From the human T2T-CHM13v2.0 reference genome, Homo sapiens: 64,000 nt of DNA. Shown here piece after piece: positions 45,037 through 59,250 of the stretch; positions within the stretch are counted from its first letter, which is position 1; the number at the start of each line of letters is the position of its first letter. The stretch lies in NCBI RefSeq assembly GCF_009914755.1, contig NC_060938.1. One strand, written 5' to 3'. The notes below the pieces were generated by a model. It saw only the letters and a program-made list of their open reading frames with translations, was not told where the DNA came from and searched no databases. The translations under genes and the position numbers were made by a program.

Positions 45037-47080
45037 GGTATGTAAGCAATAAGACTAATGCTTTAAAAGATTCTGATCCATGAGCTTTGGGAATCCATCC
45101 TTGAAAACGCAATGGTTTAGAAATTACAAACAATTATAAGCAAAATTCCAACAAAGCATAGTTGTATAACAAATTAGGAGTGTCAGGACTAAGCTTTCTG
45201 TATAATGTTTTGAATTCTCAGATATAAGAGAGCACTCACCTTGTGGCTTTAACTTTAATCTTTGCAGGATACACGCAAAAGGAATAAAAATATTTTTGTT
45301 AAGGAAGATTGCAAAGAGTTAAGTTTTAGTTTTATAAATAAAGAGAAAAGTGGTGAAAATAATTCAAAACAAAAATAAATCAAAATGTCATGTGTAATGA
45401 AATGGCAAGAGATTTATTTTATCATCTACAGGTTGCTTAGCTTGTTTTTGTGCTACAGTAACTTTCCAGGGGCAGCAGAGAGAGGTGGAAAATGTATGGT
45501 TATGCTTTTTATTCACGACGTAACTTTGGGTTTGCTGTTTTACCTCTGAGTCTTTAAACTACATATGTAGCATTCTCACAAGTAAAATGGGAAAAGTAAA
45601 TCAACTTGTAATGAAGGCTTGATGAAGCTTAGGCTATGCTAATGAAATATTAGGTCTATTCTTTCACTGTTTTTCCCTCCAGATTTTAACCCCTACTTTC
45701 CTGTTAATCAGGAACGTGATTAACAGGCACTGACTTTGGGGAAAGGATGAATTTGTAAAAGTACATTTGTGAAGGAAATATGCAAACATACTCATTATGA
45801 ACATAGACACAATTGGGTAAATAAAATTTAGAATTTCTCATATTACTTCTCTAACAGAACCCAGTTTATAATTTTTTAAAAATTAAGATAATATGGAACA
45901 GAAACAAATTTGGAAAATCAGACCTAAAAGGTCTCTAGTACATTTATCTGCTTAAAGTTATATTTGTATTAACCACACCCCATGTTCAATAAAACCTTAA
46001 AGCTCCTAATATTTAGATTTTATTTTTAGATTTATGTATTTAAATAGCAAATTGATTAAAACTTTTTCTGGTAATCAAATCTAATGGGAGAAAAATCATA
46101 AAGATTCCTGTCACACAACGGCAATAAAAATCAATGAGTACCTTCAAATGTTTGCAAGAAAACTTCAAAACAAAACAAAACTTGTTAAGCTCTGCATCAA
46201 TAAGCATTGATGCAAAAAAATTATTTTTTATCCAATCACTAAGCCCTGTTGAAATTTTTCAAGTGCCTTAGGTCCTAAGAATCTAATGATACCTTAGCAC
46301 GAATCTATAATATAAGGAAGAATGAGAAATGGACTATTAAATTTCTAGAAAAATGGAATTTTTTTTGTAACATGTGAGTGTGTATCTCGTGTCTTAAATA
46401 ACATTCTCTTTTTTGGAATTTCAAATTTATTGACTGGTTTTAATGCAATCCCAATTTCAATAATGGGTTGGTCAGTGTCTGAATAATAAAAATACACATA
46501 TTTCCCATTGAACAATTCCTCCTGCAGTTTTGTTTCATGATTAGACCCTGTGAAAAGGTCATTAGCAGATATCCATTAGGCAATTTACAATATTTGCTTA
46601 AACTCACTTTGGTGAATGAATTATCTTAATCCCAAACTAATTTCCAAAATATCCTGTAAAGTCAAAGAGCCGCTTCTATATTTTCAAAAAGACAAAGAAA
46701 AAAATATTTACTGGTTACTCATTACTAAGCAAACAAAAGTAGTTGAGAATATTTAAAATTAAACCCAAACCTTTAGAATGAGTTATGTGACCTGTTCATT
46801 GGACCACAACTAAAAGGAAAAAAATAGTAGGCGTATCAGTTTGACTTTTTTTATTGGTTACATTAAACTATTTTAAGATCCTTTGTCACATTGATTTCTT
46901 CACTTACTCATTATTTGTTTTTGTTCATTAAATTATGATTATTTTTGGCCCAAGTGCAAAAAAGAAGATATTTTATTAAATTGGGTATGCAAATCTAATT
47001 GCAAACACTACATCTAGAGGCATTTGGACATTTTTTTTCCCACCTGGTTTTCAGATTTGTTTAAATACTGAACGTAGGTA

Positions 47081-47384
47081 TGAGTCCACAACCTCTTATC
47101 TATAATTCTTAAATCCAAAAGCCCTGAAAAGTAAATTAAAAAAAAATAATTTCTTAAAAGCAAAACCTGACCTTATGTGAATCAATGTGATGGTAAAACC
47201 TGAGGTCATTCCCACTAAATGTGAAGAGTCAGATGTTTCACAGAAGAAATGGTGCTATTTTGATTATTGGCCTGCTGAAAAGATTTAAGGTAGATGCACT
47301 GTATTACATTTACAAACTCTCTAAAATTATGAATACGTAAATAAATCTGGCCCCAAGGGTTTCCAATGAGAAACTCCAGACCTG
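47081..47384. mobile_element. Old TcMar-Tigger-type MITE
   Basis: Decayed TIR-like ends gtccacaacctcttatc and ccccaagggtttccaatgagaaactccagacctg; TA on the left flank. Confidence 0.6.
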
Positions 47385-47859
47385 CATTTTCTCCCTTCTT
47401 CCCTAGAAGAACCTATATAACTTCCTAAATATCACAAAAGTATTAATCACAGTGTGTGTTTTGTACGTTTATTTATTTGATATTTGCTATAGGAATGATG
47501 CTGACATCATAGTGACCCATTCTGTGGATAGGGAGACTGATACCTTTTGAAAGACTGAAATTATTTTTCCCCACTAGAGGACTTAAGTCATTACAATTAA
47601 CTTAGAATAGATTTCCCACATGTTCATATGATAAGGCAGAAGGTAAGACCATCAATGTTGGTAATAATTTCAGTAAGACCTGTCTTCATTTTGACTATGG
47701 GTATTGTTATTATGTGTGTTAATGAAATAATTCATTTCTGACATGCAAAATAACTCATTAAATATAAGTGTCTTTTGGCTTGAAAACCCAATTCATTCTG
47801 CTAGAGTGATACATAGGTAAGAAAGTCTGGGATGCTACAGGGTCAGATGAAATTTTAGC

Positions 47860-48570
47860 TTTTAAGATTGGAAAGTTCTATGTTAGATGGAACAGGTCTC
47901 CTGGGAGACAGTTTCATTATATCCTTGATGTTAGCAACATTTCTCTGATAGAATTTTCGTTTTCCTAGTTTCATTCCACTGGTCTTGGGCATGTCCTTTT
48001 GCACTACTCTAAATAATTCAATATTTTGTAATAGCTCCTAGTAAAGGGCTCTTTTCACTTCCATTTCTTGCCCTCACATTATCCAATAAAACCTTTAGTT
48101 TAAATTTGCTATTCTTTAATATCTTTTAATTTTATTCTCTGGACCTTAGTCTATGATTCATCTGCCTTTTACTACCCCAGTTTCTCTACCAGATATGGTC
48201 AGAGCTATCTAATGAGAATAATAATATGCTTTTATACAAAAGTAGAACCAAATGCAGCAATGCATATCTTTTTTGCTAATAGTTCTGGGACATTATAGGT
48301 TGTTTCTGCCAACAGCCAGTTGCCTCTCAATTCCCAGTAAGACAAATTAAACCTAATGAAAATGCTGACTAGAATAATTAAAAGTCAAGAAATAGCTGGA
48401 TTTTTTTCCCTTTAACAGATGCAGACACCAAACTTACTTTCTATCCTATAATTAGCTAACATTTGACATTTTGTTATTTTCTTTGTTTTCCTTGCCTGCA
48501 TTTTCAAAACCACTGTTTTACATGTTCCGAAATATCTTACTTGGAATATTTCAAATGCACCTTCTTGCAT
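47860..48570 (-). mobile_element. L3/CR1 3' remnant
   Basis: ccactggtcttgggcatgtcc and ttctatcctataattagc resemble antisense L3; highly decayed. Confidence 0.4.
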
Positions 48571-48934
48571 TGTTGCTGTCCTCTTTCTTTTACCTTATTA
48601 ATGGCTTTAGGGAAAATGTATTGAGAACTTTTCTGCTCTTTTTGTTGTACCTTCGACTTAGTAAATCATTGTGCAAGATAAGAGAGTGAACATCACATGA
48701 GTTCTACTCCTATTGAAACTTTCAATGTTGTAAAGAAACAGACATATACAAAAATTAGAAAAAAAATACCATGGCCCCTAGTTAAAAGTAAATATGAGTG
48801 ACCGGAGACAGGGACCTGAGATACGAAGAGATGAGTGTAAACTACCATCAGACTTCCTAATAAAAATTATGAGGATGCCACCTTAAATTCACTTAACTTA
48901 TAAATTGGTTAAGATTAGAGTCAATTTTGATATA

Positions 48935-49442
48935 TGTAGCAGATTAAACATGACCACAAATTGTTTGCAGCTTCTCCCCTGGAGTTATGGAGACCATTTT
49001 TTCATACCCTTGAATCTGGGCTGCTTTTGCAACTTGCTTCGATCAACAGAATCTGATGAAAGTGATGTGGTAGTTCTGAGCCTAAACCTCAAAACTCTTT
49101 ACAACTTCAGTTCTTGTCTTCTTCAAACACTGAAACTACCATGTGAAGATTGCAGACCTAGCCATGCTGAGGATAAGAGACCCTGTTGCAAGAGGGGTAC
49201 CTGAAGAAAACCGACAGCAATCATCAGGACTGTGACAGGCCATCTTCGCCCACCCTAGCTCCTAATGGCACATGAGTGCCAGCAGGCAAATGAGTGACCC
49301 CAGACATGACCAGGAGAAGAATTTCACCTCTGAGCTCAGACAAAATTGCTGACCATAGAATCATGGGCTAATCAGTTTACTGTTATTTTGAGCTACTATG
49401 TTTTGGGGTTGGTTGATTATGCAGCAAACGGTAACTAATATG
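48935..49442 (+). mobile_element. Solo MaLR LTR, MLT1H-like
   Basis: Starts tgtagcagattaaacatgaccacaaatt, contains ccttgaatctgggctg and aattgctgaccatagaatcatg, ends tatgcagcaaacggtaactaata. Confidence 0.85.
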
Positions 49443-49759
49443 TACAAAAGCAAACATATAGACAAGGCCAGAAAAATTTGGTTTAATAAAGGGAATAATT
49501 TAAAAGTGTTTTGTATGATAATACACTGTTTGCAGTTTCCCTGGAGGTGTACATTGGTCCAACTCTAATGCTGATAATACCATCATCAAAATCAAGCCAT
49601 CGTACCTCAGTCAAGCTCTTGTCTGTGCAATATTCAAATGGTTGGGTTGAAGATATTTAACCCTTTGTTTTAAAAGGGTTATTGGAAGTTTTGCAAAGAG
49701 TTGAGAAGAATCAAATCCACAAAATAATTAAACTTGCTACTAGAAAAATCAGGTACTTA

Positions 49760-51875
49760 CGTGTAAATTTTCAGGTGCTTTCTAATTTAAATTTTATTTT
49801 CATCATAGTAGTAGATGTACACGTACATTTTTCACTCCTACCATTTCTGTTCCACTTCTCAGAGCCAACCACACTTAAGTCTTTTAGCTCTTTCTCCCAT
49901 TTACTTTTATGCCTTCGGAGAGCATAGTTAAAAGTGATACATTTTGATGTTTCAATTTTAGATAGTATCTCTTGATTTCTTATCATGGCTGAAGAGGATG
50001 TAGCAGCCATACATATATCACCACTCCAGCTATACATACTTCCCCTTTCCCCTTTTCCTGTATATAGTGCTTTAAATTTAATTAATATTCAGCATTGATT
50101 TATGATTACAACATAAATAAATATTCTTCAAAGTAAAGCCATGTAATGCTTACTTTCTTACTTACAATCTTCTGTATTTTCTCTAAAGTTAATAATTGCT
50201 TCCCTTATTTATTTTCTTAGTCTTCCATGTCTCCATTACTAATTAATTGCCAAATTATCTTCTGGACTTATAAAACTTGTCACAAAATGATAAAACACAT
50301 CTGGGAATCAACATACTCAACTTTTTCCTTGTAGACAAACTATAGTTTAAGACATCTAGTTTCCTGTCCAATATGGACTTTTCTCCAGGCATAATGGACA
50401 GCTGTTAGCCTAGTCTGAAAACTTTCCCTAACTACAATCCTGGGAATTCCCTTCCTCTCTGCCAGGCTGGTGCTACTGTTTCCTAGATCCTGGTTTTTCT
50501 TTCTTCCTTGGATTAATGCTTTTTTTTGTTGGATCTCATTCCCTAGTAACTTCTTCGCAAAGGATAAATGGCAACAGAACAACTCTGATTTAGAAACCCA
50601 GGAATTCCATACACCCTGCAGTCTAGGATTCGAACAGTCACACCTAAGGCAGGGCAGAGTACATTCTGCCCAGTTTTCTGGGCAGCTCTCACATGAAAGG
50701 ACAGTTTTTGAGACACGGTCTGAAAATCTGTTAATGCATGCTCACATATGATTGTTGTTTTGTACTGAGTATAGTATTATAGAATGGATATCATTTTTTC
50801 TCAGAATTCTGAAAGCATTGCATCAAAGTGATGTATCTTTTGATGTTATCTTTTTAAGCCAAAACTTTTTTTTTTTCTTCTGTAACATTTGGAAACTTTT
50901 ACCCTGGTTTTCTACAATTTCTACATGGTGTAACCTGGCGTATGTCTCCTTTTATTCATTTTGCTGAGCTTTATGCAATCCCTTTTTATTTCAATACTTG
51001 TGCCCTTCCAGAACTAAAAAAACTGTATTTATTTGTTCATTTGATGTATGCATTTTCCTCTTAGTGTTTCCAGTTCTCTCTTCCTAGAATTCCTTTCATT
51101 CATATTCTGAGTTTATATTATAATTTGACTATTTTCTTCTCCAATTTTATATCTCTTTGCCTTTTGTTTTACTGTTTTCTTAACTTGGTTTTCCCAGTGT
51201 CTATTATATTTTTAAAAATCTTTGTCATATTTTCAGTTTTTTTGAGTTTCTTCTTGTTATCTTAATGCTTATTTTAAATATTCTGTTGTTCAATTGATGC
51301 AGTATATTTTTCTTATCTGATACTAATTATAGTATTTTTATAGGCTTTTTCGGCCATAGGCGTTGCCTCTGTTCCCTTGAAGTTCCTTTGTTTTGTAGAA
51401 TTGGTTTGTTCTCTTTCATTTTAGAGGCTTTGCATAAACATATCATAATCCTTGGCCAGCCATTTCTGGAGAGGTCTTTAAAAATTGGAACCTGGCTTGT
51501 CAACTGGTGGCTTTCGCTGTAGAAAGATAAGAGTGCAAAAAATGTGGCATTTTTATTGGAAGTTCCCCATATGTCTATTTTTGTAGGTTTTACAAATCAT
51601 AACTGATTTCAGAGTTTGGATGTGAATTGTAATTTGGCCTCTACTTATGGAGGCGTGAGCTTCAGCTTTGAATGGCTTTCTAACCATCTATTCATCTGTT
51701 CTCCAATTTCCCACATTTTATTTATATCTCATAGTACTCAAATGATTCTCCCCCATTCATTCTCTTCATTTGTGTGGATTTATGATTTTAAAAATAATTA
51801 CTCATTCTTAATGGAGGTTCTGAGGGAGATTGGAGATTTACATACATGGTAATCTACTGTGTTTTACCAAACATG
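49760..51875 (-). mobile_element. Old L1ME/HAL1-type 5' region (ORF1 and 5' end)
   Basis: Contains tcctgggaattcccttc...tttcctagatcc and tctgaaaat; T-rich; terminal ttaatggaggttctgagggag...tgttttaccaaacatgt. Confidence 0.6.
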
Positions 51876-51933
51876 TTTTAATAGTTTCATTCTTGGTCTG
51901 ATAAATATTTAACTTAGAAAAAAATATTTTTAG

Positions 51934-52354
<421 letters not shown>

Positions 52355-52399
52355 TAACTCCCATTCTGCCCTTTGATGTTTGGCACTGGACAATAAGAA

Positions 52400-54100
52400 T
52401 TAAAGATCCTTCCAGATTAGTTTATGTAGAAGTATATCAGTCCTTACATTAATTTCATTATTCTAATAAGTGATTGTTGCATTGAATGAATATACCATAA
52501 TTTATATGCATTTATATAACAATCCCCATTTTGATGAGTATTTCAAATTTTTTTGTTATAACATCTAATGCTTCAATTACTATTGCTATAGAAACAACAT
52601 TTAATCAAGGAGCATATATATCTGTAGGGCAACTTACTAGTAGAACTGTATTTTTAAAATGTAAGTTTCCATGGAAATTATTCAAATTTGGATTCCAAAA
52701 AGGATTAAGTGAAAATATTGTTTTCCAAAACCATTATAAACACTGGCTTCATAATATTTTCAATTTTTGCTAACAGATAAAAAAATTACATTGTAGCTTA
52801 TGTGTTTTTTTCATCTTTTTATGAAGGAGGTTTGGTAGCTTTTCATATTTTTAGAAGCCTTTTATTTTATTTTATTTTGCTTTTCTATGAGCTATCAGGT
52901 CACATTTTTTGCCCATTCTCTATTTGGTTTTAGACAATTCTCTTCTTGATATCTAGAGGCTTTTTTTTTAATTAAAGCATTGTGATATAAGCTGTAAATT
53001 ATTCACCAAATTTGTTGTCTTTCATTATTGTTTATGTGATGTTTTTGCTATGCAGACTTTAAAAAATTGTTAAAATTAATTATATCGGTGTTTCCACTTA
53101 TGGATTCTGGATAATCTTTTTCTAATATATTGAGGTCTTCGCCTCTCAAAAGTATTAATATTTGTCATGTATTATTCTAATCCTATTATGTTGGCATTTT
53201 TTCCTTCCTGGAAATAATTTTGAAGTAAGGCAGGAAGTAGAAATTCAATTTTTATTACTAATGGCTACCCTTTTTCCCAGAATCATGTATTAAATAATTT
53301 TTCTTTTTTTCCAGTAACTTGAAATTTTATTATTACCATATCATGTACTAAATTCCTATATGAATTTGGCATATTTCTTGCACATCCTGTATTGTTCTAT
53401 TGATCTGTTTGTCAATTTTTCAACTGGTGCCATATTATTTTAATTATTGCAGGTTTTACCCATGTTTTAATACAAATGAAAACTAGTTCTCATTAATATT
53501 TAAGTTTAGAATGTTCCTATGTCTTCTTTCTTATTTAGTCATATAGTTATATGATAGAATAATCTTACCATTTTACAGAAAGAGAGTTTGTTGGTGTCTT
53601 CATTTGACTTTGTTAATTAGAGTTTAATGTGGGAAACTCCATTATGTGAACTCTCTTATACACACCATCGTTTATCTTAGCATTTAAGTTTTTGTTTGTG
53701 TCTTCTAATAGCAGTATATACATTTTTAATATTAATCTTGCATATTTCTTAAGTTTATTACCAAATCTTTATTATTTCCAATTCTCCTTAATATTTCTCA
53801 GTGATTGTTGTTTACATAACATGTCTATTTTTTCTGCAAATTAACTTTGTATCGAGTCACCAATTAAACTATATTATCATATATATTATTTTCACTGTAG
53901 GTTTCCATTGCTTTTTTAAGTTAACAAACATGTTCTTCAAATAATATCATTTTAAAGTCTCCTTCCTTTTCAAGCTTTAAATTTAATTTAAATTTAAATT
54001 AACAAATCTTTGCCTGATTTGTTGTCTAGTACCTTCTAAAAATGTTAAAATCAGTTATTCTGCATATATATGTATACATGTATATAACATATAATATTAT
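52400..54100 (-). mobile_element. L1ME-like 3' end and ORF2 remnant
   Basis: T-rich; contains gcattgaatgaatataccataattta, ttgcccattctctatttgg and ctgtattgttctattgatctgttt. Confidence 0.7.
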
Positions 54101-54138
54101 TTTCTTACCAAGCTTTAGAATATTCTCGATAGATTTAA

Positions 54139-54482
<344 letters not shown>

Positions 54483-55077
54483 CCTCCTTCTCTCTTTCTG
54501 AGCCCTCATTCTTCCTCTACTATTTTAATGTTGCCATGTATGGTACAAAGAGCAAATGCCAGGTGTTTGTCAATAGAAATGAATGTGGGAAAGAGTACCC
54601 GAATTTTCCCAATTTATGGTTTGTGATTTATAAACTCTGTTAATCAATTTCACAGTCACCTTTTGGCAGAATGCTCCAAGGGAGAGAATTGGTGAACCCA
54701 CCAAGAATGGGGTTGTAGGACACCTGACCCATTCTCTTCATTCAAACAAGGGATCAGATTAGTGATTATGGCTATATAATAACTCATTTAAAAAACTTTT
54801 TATTGAGGTAGGGCACATATACAATTAAATAATAAGATATATAATGTTAAATACGTATACATTGTACAAATATATGTCTCTGACAACCACTACTGAGATA
54901 AAAGTATTGAAAATTTCCAGCATGGCACATGTACCACTTTCATCTCAAGAGCTCATCCTCCCTATAGCCTCTGTTAGTTTCACCTCTTCTTGAACCTCGT
55001 ATAATGGAATCACACAATAGGTACTTTTTTGCCCAGCTTCTTTTACTCAACATAGTATCTACTCTGTGTACATCAGT

Positions 55078-55449
<372 letters not shown>

Positions 55450-55579
55450 AGTATTTTATAATTTTTATTATTGTTTCATATTATATTTTATGAACATACA
55501 ATGAATTACATAGATGCTATTGTCAATGGATATTTGATTGTTTTCAGTATTTGGATTTATTTTAAAAAAGGACCTTTTT

Positions 55580-55635
55580 TGTTTTTTTTTGAGGCGGAGT
55601 CTCGCTCTGTTGCCCAGGCTGGAGTGCAGTGGTGC
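55580..55635 (-). mobile_element. Severely 5'-truncated Alu (last about 46 nt plus tail)
   Basis: gaggcggagtctcgctctgttgcccaggctggagtgcagtggtgc, flanked by a 16-bp TSD AAAAAAGGAC[C/G]TT[T/C]TT. Confidence 0.9.
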
Positions 55636-56553
55636 AAAAAAGGACGTTCTTATACAAAATTGCCATTACTTGAAAAAAACTGTTTTGGATATTTTTATTT
55701 ACTTACGGATATTAACACATTCTTTTCTTGGCTCTGTACCTAAGAGCGGTATTGATGAATCATATGGTAGGCATACATTTAGTTAGCTTTAGTAGATAAT
55801 TCCAAATATTTTTTCAGTCTGCCTGTATCAATTCGCACTTCAACCAACGATGTAATAGAACTCCGGTAGCTTCATGTCCTTGCTGCTTGGTACCATTAGA
55901 CTTGTTAGTACTAGCCATTTTGGTGGTAGGAAAGGTACAGGCTGAGGTTTTAATTTGTTCTCTTCTGTTGAATAAATATGTTATGCTCAAAAGCCATTTG
56001 GATATCCTGTATTTTGAAGTGCCATTCGCGTTTTTGCCTAGTTTTAGTTGAATTTGTTTTTACTTTTTTATGGTGGAATTTCTTTATTTATTCTGGATAT
56101 AAGTCATTTATTAGATACATACATTGGAAGTGTATTTTTCTCAGTCTTTGAATTATCTTCTTGCTTTCTTAATGATCTTCTGATGAGAAGAAATTCTTAA
56201 TTTTAATAAAATCCAATTATTATTATTTTTTTCCTTTTAGGGTTAGTTGCAAGCTGTTTACTCCAATGTCATGAAGATATTGTGCTATGTCTTCTCTTAG
56301 AAATGTTATTATTTTGTTACATTTAAATCTATGATTAATCTTGAATATTTTTGTGTATGATGAGAGTTAGGGCCTCAAGATTCACTTTTTCAAATTATCC
56401 TAGCATCATTTGTATAAAAGGCCATCTTTTCCACAACTGAATTGTAGTGACATCTTTGTTATTAATCAGGTGACAATATGTGTGGGCATCTATTTCTAGA
56501 CTCTATTGTCTTCTTTTGTTTATTTCTGTATCTTGAGCCAATACCATAATTTA

Positions 56554-56598
56554 TTTACTATTTAGTGTTTTACTATTTAGTTATTTACTATTTAGTGT
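56554..56598. repeat. 15-bp tandem repeat x3 (TTTACTATTTAGTGT-like)
   Basis: Units at 56554, 56569 and 56584. Confidence 0.85.
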
Positions 56599-56713
56599 TA
56601 TACTAAATCACTGTGTGGTAGTATAGATCTTTCAACTTTGCTCTTCTTCAAAATAATCTTGGTTAATCTAGGTCCTTTAAATTTCCTTACATCACCTTGT
56701 TAGTTTACACATC

Positions 56714-56763
56714 ACATACACACACACACACACACACATTCATACACACACGCATATACACAT
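56714..56763. repeat. Imperfect (CA)n microsatellite
   Basis: Seen directly. Confidence 0.85.
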
Positions 56764-56824
56764 AGTGTGCTGGGTTTTTACTGGGATCAAATTGATTCAT
56801 GAAACTTAACATTGGCTGAGCTTT

Positions 56825-57020
56825 TTTGCTAAGTACTTTTTATTCAATAATTTTTGCAACAATTGTGTGATGTCGTTGCAACAGTTGTGTGACATTCATA
56901 CTATGTTTATCATCATTTTACTAACGAGTAATCTATGCTTAGAGAGTGTAAAAAATACCCAGGTAAAGTCAGTATGCATCAAATAATACAGACATGATTG
57001 GCTCAAATACCTATTGCATA
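56825..57020 (-). mobile_element. MIR with an internal 22-bp-period duplication
   Basis: Contains tatcatcattttactaacgagtaatctatgcttagagag; TTGCAACA[A/G]TTGTGTGA occurs at 56854 and 56876. Confidence 0.55.
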
Positions 57021-58504
57021 ATTTCTTGAAAGGCAGTGCTTTTTTTAGAAGTTCTGTGAGATCTTTCATTTTGGAACATTGAACAAACAATTGAATAATG
57101 AATAAAATAAACAGTATGAATGTAATTCAAGACTATTTGCCCTTGGAGTTGGAGCATAACAAGGAGTTCCCAGTATCAGTTTAACACACTACTGGCTGTT
57201 TATGGTAGATAATAATTACATGACAAAATATATAATTTTAGATTATTAGTGATAATAAGAAATGGGCCTGTCACAAAAATAATTACCTTTCCCTTCAAGA
57301 TAATATGACATAGCTGTGGCACTTAAGCTCATTTAGTTCTAAAGATCCTATGGCTAGAGATCTATTTCACCTTAATTTTAAAACAGGTCAGATAAGAAGA
57401 ATATAAGAAAATATTTGGTATTTCTTCTTTTTTCCCTATTACTTGCTTGACTGAAGATACTGGGCAAAATTGGGAGAATATAATTATTTTTTCAATCTGT
57501 ATTTATTGATCTTGATAACTTCAACCTTAGCATCCTCATTATACTAAAATAATCAGTGGGTGATAATTTTTGCTGCAAATAACATGCTAACAGATTTTCA
57601 AAAATAAAGTGTTTTCTGTTTCCCTTTTCTTCATGGGCCATTGCTGTATTTTCCACCTCCTTTATGTAATCATTTTAGTATCCAGTTGTGTCACAATGCC
57701 CACTGAATGTCCAAGGTTCAGCTGTGACTCAATCCATGACTACCTTCCCACGCAGTTTGCACAGTCAAAGACAGCATTCTTTGCTTTGAGGCTAACTAAA
57801 AAATCCTCATCGTCTGATTGTAAATTCTTTTGACAAGTTTTTTTGACCTAAATTTTTGACCAAACTAAATTAATATTAAGAAAATTAGAATAGTGAGAGC
57901 GCCTGATTTTCAGGACATTAAATTTCTCAATGGAGATAAATTTCTCAGTTACCATATAAATGAATACGGTATTTGACATAGACCTTCTTCTCTTTCTCAT
58001 TTCATTTAACTTTATTCTTTTGAATGTGCTGATATGCTTGATTTTATTAAATCATTGGTTCTCAAGCACTTCCTTTAAGTTTCCTAAGGAAGGGCTTTAT
58101 ACCTCCTGAATCTTTCCCTTAGACCCTTTACCTTTACTCCCCAGCAGTAAACTTTGCACTTTTGTGCAAAATTCCATTATCCATATGGTAGAAAATATAC
58201 CTTTTCAGTTAAGTCTGGTTTTAGGTGAACATTTTAATGGTTGTGATTCTGCATAGTTTTTTTTTTCTTGTTTTACTTTATTGGTTCTTGGGTGGGTCTA
58301 AGCATGTACTTCTATGTGTAAACTCCATCTTTGGAGAAATATTAACAAGGATCTTCTGGAAAAGGCTATCATTAAAAATCTTCTGAAGGTAAATACATGT
58401 TGCACCAGAGAGGAAATAATGAAAAGTGAATCTAAAATCTTCATTCAAAGCATACTTGACTACAGTTGACAACTATAAAGAAGCTCCCTTTGAAAATCGC
58501 AATC

Positions 58505-58620
58505 ATTCTTCATGAGGGACGTCAGAGAGGGAAAGCTTGTCTTGTCTTGTCACTGAGCCTTCCTCAGTCCTTAGAACAGTGGCTGGGACATACAGTAAAG
58601 GTCACTTGTTGACTGATTAA
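58505..58620 (+). mobile_element. L2 3' end
   Basis: cttgtcttgtcactg...cttagaacagtggctgggacatacagta matches the L2 terminus. Confidence 0.65.
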
Positions 58621-59032
58621 ATTTATTTTCCATTTATTGGATTGTGATCGTGCAGTCCAACAGAGGTTGGAGAAACCTTTACAATTAAATGTATCGTGGG
58701 GAAATGAGGGCCATGAATTTAGGTGGAAGCAAAATTGAGGAGAAAACTGAGTAAATTATTAAATAAGGTTGATCATTATTCTTCAAGTTCATCTGTTATT
58801 TAAGAAATAGCGTCTTCAGTAGGCAAGTACCTAATGAAGGCAGAGTTAGAAATGTAAAGCAAAGCAGTGATGAGAAAAACGTTGTCAGAAGCAGAAGATC
58901 ATGTAGTTTCCAGCTAAAATGATCTTCTAATTACTGCCCCAAGAATCATACTGAGCTAGTCGTATAGGGAGAAACATTCCTGTATAATTCCTTAAAGTCC
59001 TTAAAAATCATCATCATTATTATTATTAAAAT

Positions 59033-59250
59033 ATTATTATAGTTACTATTTTTGAATATGTGAAGTATGGCAGGCATTGTGATCATCGCTTTATGTAATC
59101 ATCACAAAATGTCCTGTGAATTATTATTCCCATTTGCAGAAGAAGAAACTGAGACAAAAATTAAATAACTTGTTTGAGGTCATACAGCTGGTAAATGTCA
59201 AAGCCATGACCAAGGTTTTCTTATGACAACACTAATGCTCTTAAGCACTA
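59033..59250 (-). mobile_element. MIR
   Basis: ttattattcccatttgcagaagaagaaactgagac...aaataacttgtttgaggtcatacagctggtaa matches the antisense MIR core. Confidence 0.8.

Noticed and set aside
46987-46994. Octamer ATGCAAAT (also near 16668 and 18021) and a near-CTCF word CCACTAGAGGAC at 47571
   Set aside because: Isolated short motifs are expected by chance in 64 kb of AT-rich DNA, and there is no good composite Sox-Oct or full CTCF match.
56554-56892. Short direct repeats (15-bp x3 and 17-bp x2) as a CRISPR-like array
   Set aside because: No unique spacers, eukaryotic context, and best explained as slippage duplications inside L1 and MIR relics.
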